A stretch of 64,000 nucleotides of DNA, taken from Gracilinanus agilis. Taxonomy: Eukaryota. Below, piece after piece: positions 49,191-62,149 of the stretch (positions are counted from its first letter, which is position 1; every line of letters starts with the position of its first letter). The stretch is from the NCBI RefSeq assembly GCF_016433145.1, contig NC_058132.1, forward strand, positions 307,109,079-307,173,078, in the 5' to 3' direction. The position numbers and the translations under genes were made by a program. The notes under the pieces were generated by a model. That model was not told the DNA's origin. It searched no databases and saw only the letters and a list, made by a program, of their open reading frames with translations.

Positions 49191-49329
49191 AGAAGGTCTA
49201 TAGAGGTTGTAAGGATTAGGATCTTTTGGTCTGAAAGAAAGGATAAGGGGCAGTTTTCACATGCACTTCAATGTGTTCAGATGAAGAATGGTTAGCAGCT
49301 GTGTTCCACATCCACTGAGGTCAGCGAGG

Positions 49330-49530
49330 AGGAAGACAATAACAAATAAGAATTCAGGTTAGATGTCAGGAATGATTTCCTGACATTAAGAGCTGTTAAA
49401 TATTAGAAGAGATGACTGAAGGATGTTTGGAGTCTTCTTCTTTGGTGGCCTTTAATAGTAGGAAGGAGAATTTTTGGTTTTGAATGAGCCATGTAAAGCT
49501 TTCTTTTAGGCAAAGGAAATAACTAGTTGT
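49330..49530 (+). mobile_element. CR1/L3 3' fragment
   Basis: gaattcaggttagatgtcaggaatgatttcctgac...agagctgttaaa. Confidence 0.65.
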
Positions 49531-50579
49531 TATCTGAAATCACACATCTACCTCCATATGTTGCAAGCCGTGAAGGAGGGAAGGATGGACAGGACTGAAG
49601 TTCATAATTTTCTGTCCTCTTTATTACTATTCTCTCACTAGTCCTATAATTGTAACGGAATAGAATTTGTTTATTGTTACCCAGTTATTTTATATTTATA
49701 CTGTTATATTTTTCCCAACTACCTTTTACTTATGTGGCAGCATTCTCCATTAAAGACTTAATATATCAAACTAGTTTTTCGAACTCTAGCCCTCTCAAAT
49801 CAGACTTGGAGGGGGGCGGGGGGAAAGCAGCGAACTCAAATTTCATTCCACATTCAGAAAACATTATCTCTATTGTTCATGGTCTTAAGAGGCCATAAGT
49901 TAAATTTATAGACCAGAGAGCTAAGGGGGGGAAAAGTCCACTCAAGGACAATTTGCCAAGTTGTATTCTGAGATATGGTGATATAGAGCAGGATATAGCA
50001 GAAAGAGTGGTAAACTAATGCAAAAATTACTGAAGTTCTACACTCAGTTCTGCCACTAAATAGAAATTTTTCCAGTTGACTCTTGTGTCTTTTATCAGCA
50101 TCTGCCTTAGCTTCATTCACAACCCAACTGATTTGCCAGTTGCTGGATGTTGGCCTTCATCCTGGTTCTCTATTTAGTACCAACTGCATTGCTGTCTACC
50201 TTCTGCCCTGGCTTTGATCCAGTCAATGGAGCATTACCTAGCCCTGTATCTGTGCCCACACTTTTGGCACTCTGTTAACCTACCCTATTCCCTGCCCTAA
50301 TACCTAAACTCTGGATTACTAAGTTCCCAAAGGGAACTTATTTTGATCCCCAAATATACTAAGTCACAAGATGTGTCATCATTTATTAACTTTTCATCTC
50401 CTGCCATCCAGAAGTGTAAGACATTTGTGCTGTAACACTGTGAGACCTTGGACAAGTCAAATAACCTTTCCAGGTCACAGGTTTTTCATATATCAAATTT
50501 TAATCATTTGAAGATTAAATAAAATATTATTTGTTTAAGCCCTTTGAAAATTGCCAATTGCTATATAAGTGTAAAGAAT

Positions 50580-50890
50580 AACTATTCTAAATTATTTTGT
50601 CAAATTCCTAGATAACATGAAGTAAAAAAGGGCTAATGCATTAGATGAGAGTCAAAATCCAAAATTTTATAATAGGCTGAATACAATAAAATGAAATATA
50701 ACAAAACTGAATGTTACAGTTTTGAAAATCAATTGCATAAGTATAGAATGAGGGTGATAAGGATATACAAAAATTCATGTGAACTGGAGATTTTATAATT
50801 CTACAAGTTCAACATGAGTCAACACAATGATGTAGCAAGCAAACCAGCCAACATGATCATAAGCTGAATTAACAGAGGTCGAATCCAGCT
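50580..50890 (+). mobile_element. CR1/L3 RT fragment
   Basis: aataaaatgaaatataac...aagttcaacatgagtcaacacaatgatg. Confidence 0.7.
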
Positions 50891-50894
50891 ACAA

Positions 50895-51280
50895 ATTGCT
50901 AATGATAAATGAAAGATAAATCAAAACAGGCCACCTCACATCTGCAAAACTGGAAAAAATGACAAAAATTGTGAATTATCATTGCTGGAGAAATTGTGGA
51001 AAGATGGAAACATTATTGGGCTCTGGAAGGAGTTTTGAATTCTTCCAGCTATTCTGAAAGGCAACTTGGAATTGCACATAGAACGTGATAAAAAAAAATG
51101 GCTATGCTTTTTGACCCAGAGATCTACTGATAAACCAATACCCAAAAGAGATTAATTATAGAAAGAAAAGCACTCTATATGCTAAAACATTTATTATATC
51201 ACCTTTTGTAGATGCAGAGAACTGGTTATTAAGTAGATGCCCATCTACTAGAGAATAGCTAAACAAGTTTTAATGCAATC
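50895..51280 (+). mobile_element. L1 late-ORF2 fragment
   Basis: ccacctcacatctgcaaaactgg...tgctggagaaattgtggaaag...ttgacccagagatct. Confidence 0.7.
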
Positions 51281-51322
51281 TCCCATCAGAGAATTCTCAT
51301 GATGCTACCTTTTGGTGGAAGT

Positions 51323-52414
51323 TGTAAGGATGGGGGATGGGACAAAAAGAGCCAGAAGAAGGCTGTTGGTGACAGTTACTGACAGTTGGGACCAGAGAAA
51401 ATTCTGGGTAATTCTCCAGAGGAGGAAGGAGGGGAAGGGTTTCCGGCCAAGGACTGAGAGAGAAGAAGAGGTGGACATCTCAGCTCCGATCCAGTCCTGA
51501 GGGCTTCCTGAGGATCTTTCTTTGGACACTGAAACCCCAATTCCCTGGTCAAAGGCATCCCATTGCTTCTCATCCAGCAAGACTTCAGTCAACTAAGTTT
51601 CTGGACTCCATTTAGGGAGCGATCTTTTAGGCTCCTTCTCCCATTACCCAACCTTGCTGAGAGACCCTTTCCAGTCTAACTTGCAATTATAGAAAAAGTT
51701 CGAAACAGGAAATAGAAATAGAAACTGAAGGAGAAGAGGTGAGGGGAGACGCTTAGGAGTGGGAACCCCAAAGGTTCCCACCCGAGTGATGGACTCCATA
51801 GAAATAGAGAAAAGGGCACCCCAAAATCCCTCTGCCCTTTACCCCCTTTCCCCAGTCTCTATATTGATGTTAATAAAAAGCCATTCATTAGTCAGATAGC
51901 ATTCCAGAGTGCCTGAGAGACAATGGGGAGGGGAATCACAACTTGGTCTGGCTGCCTCCATCTTGAAGCCAGACCGCCTGCTGTGAAGGTGACTGACCTT
52001 GGGGGAGGCTTGTGTGAATCCCGCACTCATTCAGAATTGGATTGGGGTCCCCCATTCTTCATCTTATAGGGAAGCCTTACCCCCAACTCCTGTGGGGTGG
52101 CATGACCATCCAGGTCACTCAATTTTGGGGTAACACCCCCTCAAAGTCTCGGCAGTGTATATTTGGCAGGAGGGGAGAGCTAGAAGAGAGTCTCACCTCA
52201 TAGACTCTCTCTCTCTCTCCCCTCTATCATAGCATTTGGGTACTGGCTCTTATTATTCTTATAAAGTCCACGCTGGATGGCAAGACCAATTGGGTTATGA
52301 GGGTCTGAGCCTCTATTGAGTCCACAGGCAGCTTTTGTCTCCATAAGAATTCCTTCTTCAAATGACTATCACTCTGAGTCTGCCCTTAAAGTCATTGACT
52401 CAAGTCAGCAAACA
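51323..52414. mobile_element. LTR-like element(s), ~1.1 kb
   Basis: TG...CA bounds; GC-richer than flanks; AATAAA at 51872; 9-bp hairpin at 51759-51781. No TSD found; may be an LTR plus leader, or two pieces. Confidence 0.5.
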
Positions 52415-53079
52415 TCACTATAGGCATTAGAGATTCAAAGAAATGTCAAAATAATAATAATAATCCCTGCTCTCAATGGACTCATAATTGAATGAGGGAG
52501 AGAATATACCAAAAAACTATGCACTAAGACATATAAAAAGGTAATTTTGGAGTAATCTCAGAGAAAAGGCATCAAGTTTAAAGACTAGGAAAGAAACAGC
52601 CATATGCTCATGGTTATAACTTGGGAATGAAGAAAGTAATTCCACCCCCCCCCCAACATCATTTCCTAAACAGTTCAGAGTCACCTACTTAACTGAAGAT
52701 GCTAAATAAAGAGAGCAGAAAAGAGATGGTTCATTCTTTTTGTGTACCTATTAAGTGAAAACGCAATAAACCCCAAATGATCGATTCTTTCTCTGAAGTC
52801 AATTATAAGGCATTCCATATTCATATAGTGCCAGCCCCTTAGTTATACATAGCTGGAAACAGGTCCCTCAAGTTTCTAGAAGGACTGAAATGAAACTGAG
52901 GATATCTGTGTATGCTTTGTCTCCTCCCTGCCTCATAGACCAGGACACTCTATTACAGGTGAAATAATGATTCACCCAGATATTCTAAATATAATTTCCA
53001 GAGGATTGTTCCCACTAGCATGCTCTCCTTTTTCCTCTAAACTTTGATCTCTACCTACCAACTTGTTCCTTCCTACTGC

Positions 53080-53870
53080 CTACAACATAGCACAGTACTT
53101 AAAGGGAGAAAGAGTGAGTTTGAATCTAGCCCAAGACACTAGCTATGTGACCACCTAACCTTTCTTAGTCTTGATTTCTCCATTCAAAAAATGGAGATTT
53201 GAGTAGTAACTATCACACAGGATTGTCATGGGAATCAAATGAGTTAATATTTGTAAAGCATTTTGCAAACCTTAATGTGCTCCATAAATGCTAGCTATTA
53301 GAAGCGGGTAGGTAATGAAGAATAAGGTCTGAAATCAGGAATATCTGAATTCACCATCCTCAGGTGCTTTCTACCTGTGTGATTCTGGGCAAGTCACTTA
53401 TACTCCTTCTGACTCAGTCGCCTAAAATGTAAAATGATGATAATAAAAGTATTGACTTCTCAGGATAAAATGGGGGTTATAATAGTGTCTAACTCCCAGA
53501 TTTGTTGAGATCAGATGAAATAATATCAAAAAGCACTTAGCACAGTGCTCAAGTATTTAATATGTGTACTTAATATCAATATTTAATATGGGATTCTTGA
53601 CTTGGCTTTTTTGCATGGATGGTAGACTAAAGGAAGGCAATTCAAAACTCTTTGACTTGTCTTTAAAAAAACAAATCTAGTTGGAAGGCCCTGGATTATA
53701 TGGTAAGATCAATGGATTTGGACTCTGAGAACCCTGGTTCAGATCTTGCCTCTCCCACTTTCTTTGACTTTGGAGAAGTCAATTAATTTCTCTGGGCCTT
53801 AGTCTGCTCAACAGTAAAATAAGGGGGTTAGAGGATCTTGAAGGCCTGTTTCATCTCTAAATTTCTATCC
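53080..53870 (+). mobile_element. Run of MIR-family SINEs
   Basis: Several core-SINE copies (ctgggcaagtcactta; gatcaaatgag...taatatttgtaaagcattttgc). Confidence 0.7.
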
Positions 53871-54606
53871 TAAATAATCAATCCCAGGGTTCATTTTTTT
53901 ATAAAGAATATAAATTCCTTCTTTTTGCCTCCTAACTTAAATCAGTTTCTGAACATCTTAGACAGAAGATTCATTTAAAGACCCAGTTCTGTTTAGCAAC
54001 AATCTAGCATCTTTTCAAAGAAAATGATTTCTGGTTGGAAACTATCTGCAGGTCACTCGTGGGAGACAGATCTAACATCCCAACTTTCCAGTAAATCAAG
54101 ACAATCATTTCCTCTCTAGAGAATGTGAGTGTCTCCATCTGCATTTGTGAGACCAATGATTTTTTTTTCAATGAAATATAGTCCTCTTCATGCCTTTAGG
54201 AGTTACAAATCTGCAATCTATAGTAGCTCATAAAAGTGGTGACAGAAATATTCTAAGAGGCCAGTGCAACATTACATCAGTTACATGTCCACTGCAGGGC
54301 ATAGTCTAGAAAACAAAATGGAAGATTCTTCTATTAACTTTAAGACTGTTCTGATGTTATCTATGGCAGGGAATCCATAAGGATAGTAATGAGTCTGACA
54401 AAGTTTTGTTGGGGTTGTGCCAGGCAAGAAGGTAACCATAAGTTATTAGCAGTCATTAGATCAAATAAGAAAATATTTGTAAAGTGCTTAGCATAATGCC
54501 TGGTTCATGGTAGGTATTTAATAAATGCCCATTCCCCTGCCCCCTGATTAGTGAAAAATGTGTGTTTTTACATGAATCATTAAGTATCTGTTAAAAATAC
54601 AGTAGT

Positions 54607-54790
54607 GGGGCAGCAAGGTAGCATATTGGGTAGGTCACCAGGCCTGGAATTGGAAGGACCTGGGTTCAAATCTGGCCTCAAATACTTCCTAGTTGTGTGA
54701 TCCTGGACAAATCATTTAACCCCAATTGCCTATCACTTGCCATTCTTCTATCTGAGAATTAATCTAAGACAGAAGATAAAAGTTTGTTTG
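54607..54790 (+). mobile_element. SINE1_Mdo-like SINE
   Basis: ggggcagcaaggtagc...gggttcaaatctggcc...ctaagacagaagataaaag. Confidence 0.85.
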
Positions 54791-55025
54791 TTTGTTTTAC
54801 TAAGAGAGAAGATAAGGAATTTTTAAATTTAAAAATATTTTTTTAATGTAAGATAAGGGAAAAAAAAGCAGTAGATAGAAAGAACAAAGGCCTTGAAAAC
54901 AGGAGGCCTGGATTGTAGTTTTAGTTCTATCACACATTAACTGTGTGAGGAAGGGAAGTCACTTAACTTTGCTGACTCTCAGTTTCTTCATCTATAAAAT
55001 GAGGACGAAAATACACAAACTATAT

Positions 55026-55222
55026 GGGGAAGCTGGGTGGCTCAGTGGAGTGAGAGTCAGGCCTAGAGACGGGAGGTCCTAGGTTCAAAGCCGGCCTCAG
55101 ACACTTCCCAGCTGGGTGACCCTGGGCAAGTCACTTGACCCCCCCCCCCTTGCCCACTCTTACCACTCTTCCACTATGAACCAATACACAGAAGTTAAGG
55201 GTTTAAAAAAAAAAGAAAAAAA
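55026..55222 (+). mobile_element. Young SINE1_Mdo-like SINE with a perfect 19-bp TSD, inserted in a MIR
   Basis: gaaaatacacaaactatat at 55007-55025 and 55223-55241; CpGs retained; A-tail intact. Confidence 0.95.
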
Positions 55223-55881
55223 GAAAATACACAAACTATATACTTAAGAGCAGTTCTGAGGAAAGGGATTTTCAAGCTACAAATATATAGAAATTTCAGT
55301 ATTTATGTAAAGAACTAAAACTCAAGCACAACCAAATCAGAGATGTCTATATTATTATTTAGTGAGTACAGATTCTGAAATAGAAGATCCACTTTCTAGA
55401 TCCCATCCTTTCACTTACCATATATGTGATCTTGGACCAATTATTTAACCAACTGTTTAACTTTACTATTCCTCAATTTCCTCATCTTCCAAGGGGAAGA
55501 GTACCATAATACTTATTTCAACTAACACTAGAATTACTGTTGAAATTAAATCAAATAGTATGTATGAAGGCACTTGGAAAAATACAAAATGCCACATAAA
55601 CTGAACATAATGAGGAGAAATGACAAGACAGCAGCCACTACCAAAAGACAAAAGCAAAAATGAAATTCAAAATCCTTAACTGGGTAATAAAAATTGTAAT
55701 TTAAGTTTAATAGAAGAATGTTTATTAAAAAAATTAAAATATATAGATTAGTAGGACAAGAAATAGACTATTTAAATAAATCATCATCAAGAAAAATCAA
55801 AGAAGCTATTAACTCCCAAAAAGAAGAAAGGGGAAGAGGAAGGACCAGATGTATTATTATTACAAAAATAATGGATAGATA

Positions 55882-56070
55882 TGTCTCTCCAGGGCTAGTT
55901 TGATCAGGAGCGGCAGACTCCTACCTCCTTCTCCTTCACAGCTCCAAAACCAACTCCCCACTTACTTGGGAATTCTCCCCTAAACCCCGTTGGTTCCAAT
56001 CAGTCACCAACTGATCTTCACTCTCAAGGTTCCGCTGTCAGCCTCCCTCAAGTTCAGTCTTACAGCACCA
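55882..56070. mobile_element. 189-bp TG...CA element with a 4-bp TSD (mini-LTR-like)
   Basis: tgtctctcc...cagcacca flanked by gata (55878-55881, 56071-56074); GC-rich within AT-rich DNA. Confidence 0.55.
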
Positions 56071-57789
56071 GATATCTAATTATACCAGAAACATTTATCA
56101 TCAAAACACTTTAAAAGTACTGATTAAGGAGAGAAGCAATTCAGTAGAAGAGATTATGTACATAACATATAGAAGAATAAGAACATGGTAACTTAGTGTT
56201 TCATAAATCCAAAAATTACTACTGGAGTGAAGACTTACTATTCTATAAAAACTATTAGGAAAACTGAAAAGCAAGCTAGTAGAAATTAGGTATAAACCAA
56301 CATCTTGCCAAAGTGAATTCCAAATGGATATATAACTTGGACATGGAGAAATCATAAATATATTAGAAGAGCAAAGAAGCAATTATCTTTGATCTATGGC
56401 TGGTAGAATAGCTTATGACCGTACAGGAGATAGAAAGAATCACAGATGATTAAATGAACAATTTTGGCTACATAAAATTTAAAAAGTTGTGCACAAACAC
56501 AACCAGTCCAGCTACAATTAGAAGGAAAGCAGGTAATAGGCGAGAGTTAGGGGCTTGTCTTCACAATAAGGTTCTCTGATAAAGATTTCATTTTAAAGAT
56601 ATATAAGGAACTAATTGAAATTAATAAGAATAAAATCATTCCCCAATTGATAAATGGTCAAAGGATTCAAAGATAGAAATACAAACCATCAGTAGCCATA
56701 TTTCAAAAAAATTCTCTCAATCATCATTAAAGAAGTATACATTAAAACAGCTCTCAGCTTCTATATCATACATATCAGACTGGCACAATAAAAATTTTTT
56801 AAATGGAAAATGAAAAATGTTGGAGGGGTTGAGGAAAACAGGCACAGTAATGTATTCTTTTGGAAAGCAATTTGGAGCTATTGACAAAATCTACTCTATG
56901 ACCCCAAAATACCAATACTGGGCATATACTCCAAAGAAAATAAAGAAAGAAGGAAATGACCTGTATGCCACCCCAAATGACAGCAGATCTTTTTGTGGGG
57001 CAAACAGGAAAATAAGGGTACATATCAATTGGGGGAATGACTGAAGAAATTATGGCATATGAATATAATGGAATATCATTCTTCTATTAAGAAATAAACA
57101 AAGAAAGATGATTTCAGAGAAACTTGGGGAAAGTTGCATAAATTGATGCTGAACAAAGTGAGAACCAGCACAACAACTTATACAATAACAACAGTATAAA
57201 AACAAACTATGAGCACTTTCACTGATCAACACAATGACCAAGCACAGTTCCATAGGACTGAAGATAAAACATGCTCTCATTACCTGCCAGAAAGGTCATG
57301 GCATAAAGGTGAAATGAAACATTATAGATAAAGATCTAGATGTAGGTATGTCGAAGCATATGTGCATGTGTATATATGTATGGATGTATATAAAATATAT
57401 GCATATAATAGCCAATGGAAGAATTTGTTTTGCTTGATTGTGCATAAAAACTCTGCAATTTTTAGTTTTTGTTGTTATTTTTTAGTAATGGCAAGAGGTA
57501 GATTTCTGTTCAGAGAAAAAAAATTAAAATAATTTTTAAAAACTAATATAGAGGACCATAAGGTCAAGTATATCAAGGGACAATGGCAGGAAAACCAAAA
57601 TGATTTGGTACTGGTTAAAAAATAGAGGCAGCTTAATTGGTCAATCAGATTATATGCACAACCTGCAGAAGCAAATAAACCTAGTAGCATAGTGTTCAAT
57701 AAACTAAAAGACTCAGCTTCCTGAGGCTTATTATTTGACAAAAACTGTTGAAATAACTGGAAAGTAGTCTGGCAAAAATTAGGTTAGAC

Positions 57790-58156
57790 CAGTGATGGTG
57801 AACCCTTTAGAGATGGAGAGCCAGACCCCACCCCCAGACTGAGTGCTGTGCCTGCCCCCCTCAAGACCATATGATGGTTTCTCCCCTCCCCCATCACATG
57901 CTGGGAATGCCTTGGCCCCCTTACCCGACACAGGGGAGGGAGAAAGCCCTCCCATTGGGCTGCTGGGCAGAGGGGTAGGGGAATGAGAAAAAATGTCATC
58001 AGGTGTGGTGGAGAGAGGGAGAGGAGCTGCTCCATCTGAGTCTCTCTGCCTTTCTAGTAAAGAACTCGGAGAGGGGATGGAGAGGGTGGCTGCATGGCCA
58101 CAGAGAGTTCTCTGTGTGTCATCTTTCCCACCTGTGCCATATATTCGCCATCATTG
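57790..58156. mobile_element. Non-autonomous hAT (367 bp), same family as 10159-10686
   Basis: TIRs cagtgatggtgaac / attcgccatcattg; TSD ggttagac / ggttagat; shares agtctctctgcctttctagtaa and cccattgggctgct with the 10-kb copy. Confidence 0.9.
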
Positions 58157-58254
58157 GGTTAGATCAACACCTCACACCTTATAGCAAAATAAAGCTCTAA
58201 ATAGATATATGACTTAGATACAAAACATCACATCATAAACTGATTGGAAGAGGG

Positions 58255-58400
58255 ACAGGTAGGTGGCACAGTGGATAGAGTGCCAGGCCTGGAGTTGGGA
58301 GAATCTGGGTTCAAACTTGAGCTCAGATACTTCCTAGCTGTGTGTCCTGAGCAAGTCTCTTAATCCCATTTGCCAATAAATTAATAAACAAACAAATAAA
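58255..58400 (+). mobile_element. tRNA-headed core SINE inserted in an L1
   Basis: ggtggcacagtggatagagtgccaggcctgg...gggttcaaac. Confidence 0.8.
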
Positions 58401-60859
58401 TTAGAGGAATAAGAATGGAAATATATTTCAATATTGACTAATGGATGAGTTTATGACCAAACAAGGGATAGAAAGGATTACAGAATATCAAATGGGCAAT
58501 TTTGACTATGTAACTTTTAAACATTTTTAGAAAAAGAAAGCCAAGGAAACTAAAATTATAAGAGAAACTATTAACAGGGCAGGGGGGGGGAGTGAGGGGT
58601 GGTGGAAACTTTGTAGCAAATATCTCTGATAAAATTCCTACATAAGATATATAAGGAGCTGATTCGAATATGCATAAACAAAAAACACTTTCCAAAAGAT
58701 AAAGGATATGAACAGGTAAATCTCAAAGAAAGAAATAAAAGTTATCAAAAGCCATGTGAGAAAAATGCTCCAAATATAACTTCAGAAAATGTATGTGGAA
58801 AATTATTACATGTAATTGGGAAAATAAAATATCTTTAAAAAAAAGAAGAATCATCCACCTGGGAATCAAAGCAGAGAGAATCCCAGAATAGATTTGTAAA
58901 GGTTCAAGTTATATGTGATAGACTGCTTTTAACTCACTTTATAAAATGATCTAAGTCATCTATTATGTATTACATGGCTTTTGGCATGTAATAAATGTTT
59001 AAGTCAATCTTCCTTGGCTAACTGGGCAAAGTGAATGCAACTATGTTCCTAAACAAACGAAAATGCTCCAAATCACTAATAATTAGAAAAATGCAAATCG
59101 AAATAACTTTGAGGCTCTACCTCATACTTATTATTGGCAAAGGAGACTTAAATAAGAAACAGTAGTTGTTAAGGAGATTGTGGAGAACAGGCACAATAAT
59201 ACACTGTTGGTGGAGCTGAATTGGTCTAAGTATTCTGGAAAGAAATTTGGAACCATTCTCCAAAAGTCACTAAAATGTGCACTTTTTTTGACCCAGCAAT
59301 ATAATTACTGGGCCTATATACCAAGTGGATGAAAGGAAAAGAGAAAGAGGCCATATGTTAAAAGAAACAAATTTTTTCCATCTTTTTGTTATGGCAAAGA
59401 ATTGGAAACTAAGGGAATGCCCATAAATTGACTGATGATTCCTTGAATTATGGTATGTGAATGTAAGACTACTTTTACCATAAGAAATAATGAAAGCAAT
59501 GATTCCAGGGAAACCTGGCAAGATTTACATGAATTGATGCAGAGTAAAATGAGCAGAACCAGGAAACTACATTAAATAACAACATATAAAGAAAAACAAC
59601 TTAGTAAGTTTTAAATACTCTCATTGATGCAATGACCAACAATGATTCCATAGGATCAAAAATGAAGCATTCTTTCAATCTCTTGGCTCTGGAAGGTTAA
59701 GGATATTGATACAAATATACCTATGTACACACATATGTATATTCGGATATGGCCAATGGGGTCATTTGTTTTGCTTAAAGATTCAAGTTATAATGGTTTT
59801 ATTTATTTTTTTGGAGGTGAGAAGGGAAGTAGAGGAAAGGGGAAACTACTAAGACTGTTGAGAGAAAAGAAGCATGTTTAATGTATAGAAGAAAATATAA
59901 GGAAAGCCAGAAGGAAACACAAACAAGCAGGACAACTTTGAAAGCTAAGATTCAATTACATTATATTTTAAAATAAAAGTAAGCTATGCATAAGAGACTC
60001 TCTGTTTCATATGTAATGCTCTTTTTGTTTCATTTTGCATGAGGAAATGGTCATTTTATTTAGTGTTTAAGTTCAGAATCAAATATATGTATGTATACAC
60101 ACATATAAGATACAAGTTATAAAAACCAAGTTGAAGCCCAAAGAAGAAATGAAATGTCAGATCCCACTGCTTCTTTGCAGAAGTGGGAGACTATGAGTAT
60201 AAAACACTATTTATTATATTAGACTTTTTTAGCATATTGGCTAGATTTACTGAACTATCTTTTTCCTTGTTTTAAATTCCTTTTTCTAAAGGATTGATAA
60301 CTGAGAGGAGGAGAGAGGAGAAGATCCATTGGGAAATGTAGGTGAGGTGAAAACAAAAGGTATCAATAAAAAAATTTTTTTTTAGTTCATAGCTTATTTA
60401 TGGTGAGTTAGGAGTAATTTCAGGCTGGGTCAGCCTAGATAGTTAATAATATTCATCAAAGGCCACAGGGAAAAGATTAAATCCTCTTGTGCATTCTCTC
60501 AATACTCTCATCTTGAGTGGCACATCTGTTCTTCTCGCTTCAACCCCTATCCTGGGGTTACTCACTCCCAGATTCCTTCTATGATCCCTCCCCTATCCTA
60601 CAGCACAGGTGCGCACACCTCAGTCAGTCCTGCACCTCAGTCCTGTGAGAGTTACATATCATTTGATATGCATATGAGATGGCAAACACTGAAAAGATGA
60701 ATGAGGTTTTGTTTTGTTTTTTTTAAATTCAGAAATATTCCTAGCTAACCACGCCGTACTGCAAAATTAAAGGCAAGGTGGGGACAGTAGGCAAGATAGA
60801 ATCATGGAAAGGACTGTATGTTTAGCCTCCTAGTCTCTACATACTTGAGCTCCAATCCT

Positions 60860-61310
60860 ACATCAACAGCTACCAATGTCTTCTATGGCTTCTGGTAGAA
60901 ATATCAAACATAGCATGTCCAAAATAGAAGTTATCATCTTTCTCCTCCAACCCATCCCTTTTTCTTAATTCCCTTCCAGTCCCTCAGATCCATAAGCTCA
61001 AGAACATCCTCAGCTCTTCTCTTTCACTCTCCATATCCAATCAGTTGCCGGGTCCTCTCTATTCTGTCTCCACATCTCTCACAGTCATTCCCTGGTCCAC
61101 ATTCACACAGTCAGACACTTATTTAACGCCCTCATCAAGCCTCATTTGGACTATAGCAACCATCTCACATATACTTTTCTTGCCTCTAATATTTCCAATA
61201 CATATGCCACCCAACTGCTAAAAAGGTCTAATCAAGTAATGATGCTCCAATAGTTGCTCAATTATGTCAGATAATATATAAATTTCTCAGCCTGGCATTT
61301 CAATCCTTCA
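60860..61310 (+). mobile_element. L2 fragment
   Basis: gcatgtccaaaatagaagttatcatcttt; ccatatccaatcagttgcc. Confidence 0.7.
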
Positions 61311-61723
61311 TAAATCTCAGCTATCAAACATCATATGAAAAAATTCTCCAAATCACTAATAATTAGACAAATGCAAATGACGGTATCTCTAGCTTTGACT
61401 TATGTTCATCAGATTGACAAAAAATGTCAAAAGAGGAATATGACAAAAGTTGGAGGGTCTGAAGGAAAATAGGTACATAAAATATAATTTTGACAAAGTT
61501 GTCAATATGTCCAGTCATTCTGGAAAGTAATTTGGAATTATGCCCCCAGATTCACTGAATTACCTATACCCATTGACCCACCAATACCACTATACTCTCG
61601 AGTAGTCAGACCATATTATGTGCATAATAAAAATGGATGCTAGTAATATAGGCATAATACTATATGCTAACAAAACTAAAAAAGAAAATAATAAGTTGAA
61701 GAATACCTTCAAAAATATTTGAC

Positions 61724-62081
61724 AGGGCAGCTAAGGGTCTCAGGGAATTGAGAGCTAGGTCTGGAGACAGGAGGTCCTGGGTTCAGATCTGGCCTCAGAC
61801 ACTTCCTAGTTATGTGATTTGCCTCGCTCTTACCACTCTTCTACCTTGGCAACAATAAGTTTTTATAGGGGCAGCTGGGTAGCTCAGTGGATTGAGAGCC
61901 AGGCCTAGAGACAGGAGGTCCTAGGTTCAAATCCGGCCTCAGACACTTCCCAGCTGTGTGACCCTGGGCAAGTCACTTGACCCCCATTGCCTACCCTTAC
62001 CAATCTTCCACCTATAAGTCAATACACAGAAGTTAAGGGTTTAAAATTTTTTAAAAAAAGTTTTTATTTAAGATGGAAAGT

Positions 62082-62086
<5 letters not shown>
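61724..62086 (+). mobile_element. Older SINE with a young SINE (61868-62057) nested in its 3' region
   Basis: TSD aagtttttat at 61857-61866 and 62058-62067; the older SINE tail (taagatggaaagtaaggg) resumes after it. Confidence 0.85.

Positions 62087-62128
<42 letters not shown>
62087..62128. repeat. (TG)n microsatellite
   Basis: Direct reading; sits in place of the SINE tail. Confidence 0.95.
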
Positions 62129-62129
<1 letters not shown>

Positions 62130-62149
62130 ACTGATAGTTTGGGTCTTTA

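Larger units (their letters stand above)
56075..60120 (+). mobile_element. Stack of co-oriented old L1 late-ORF2/3' UTR fragments
   Basis: Late-ORF2 motifs restart at ~56.1, 57.5 and 59.06 kb (tttggtactggttaaaaaatag; aaatgctccaaatcactaataattag). Confidence 0.8.
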
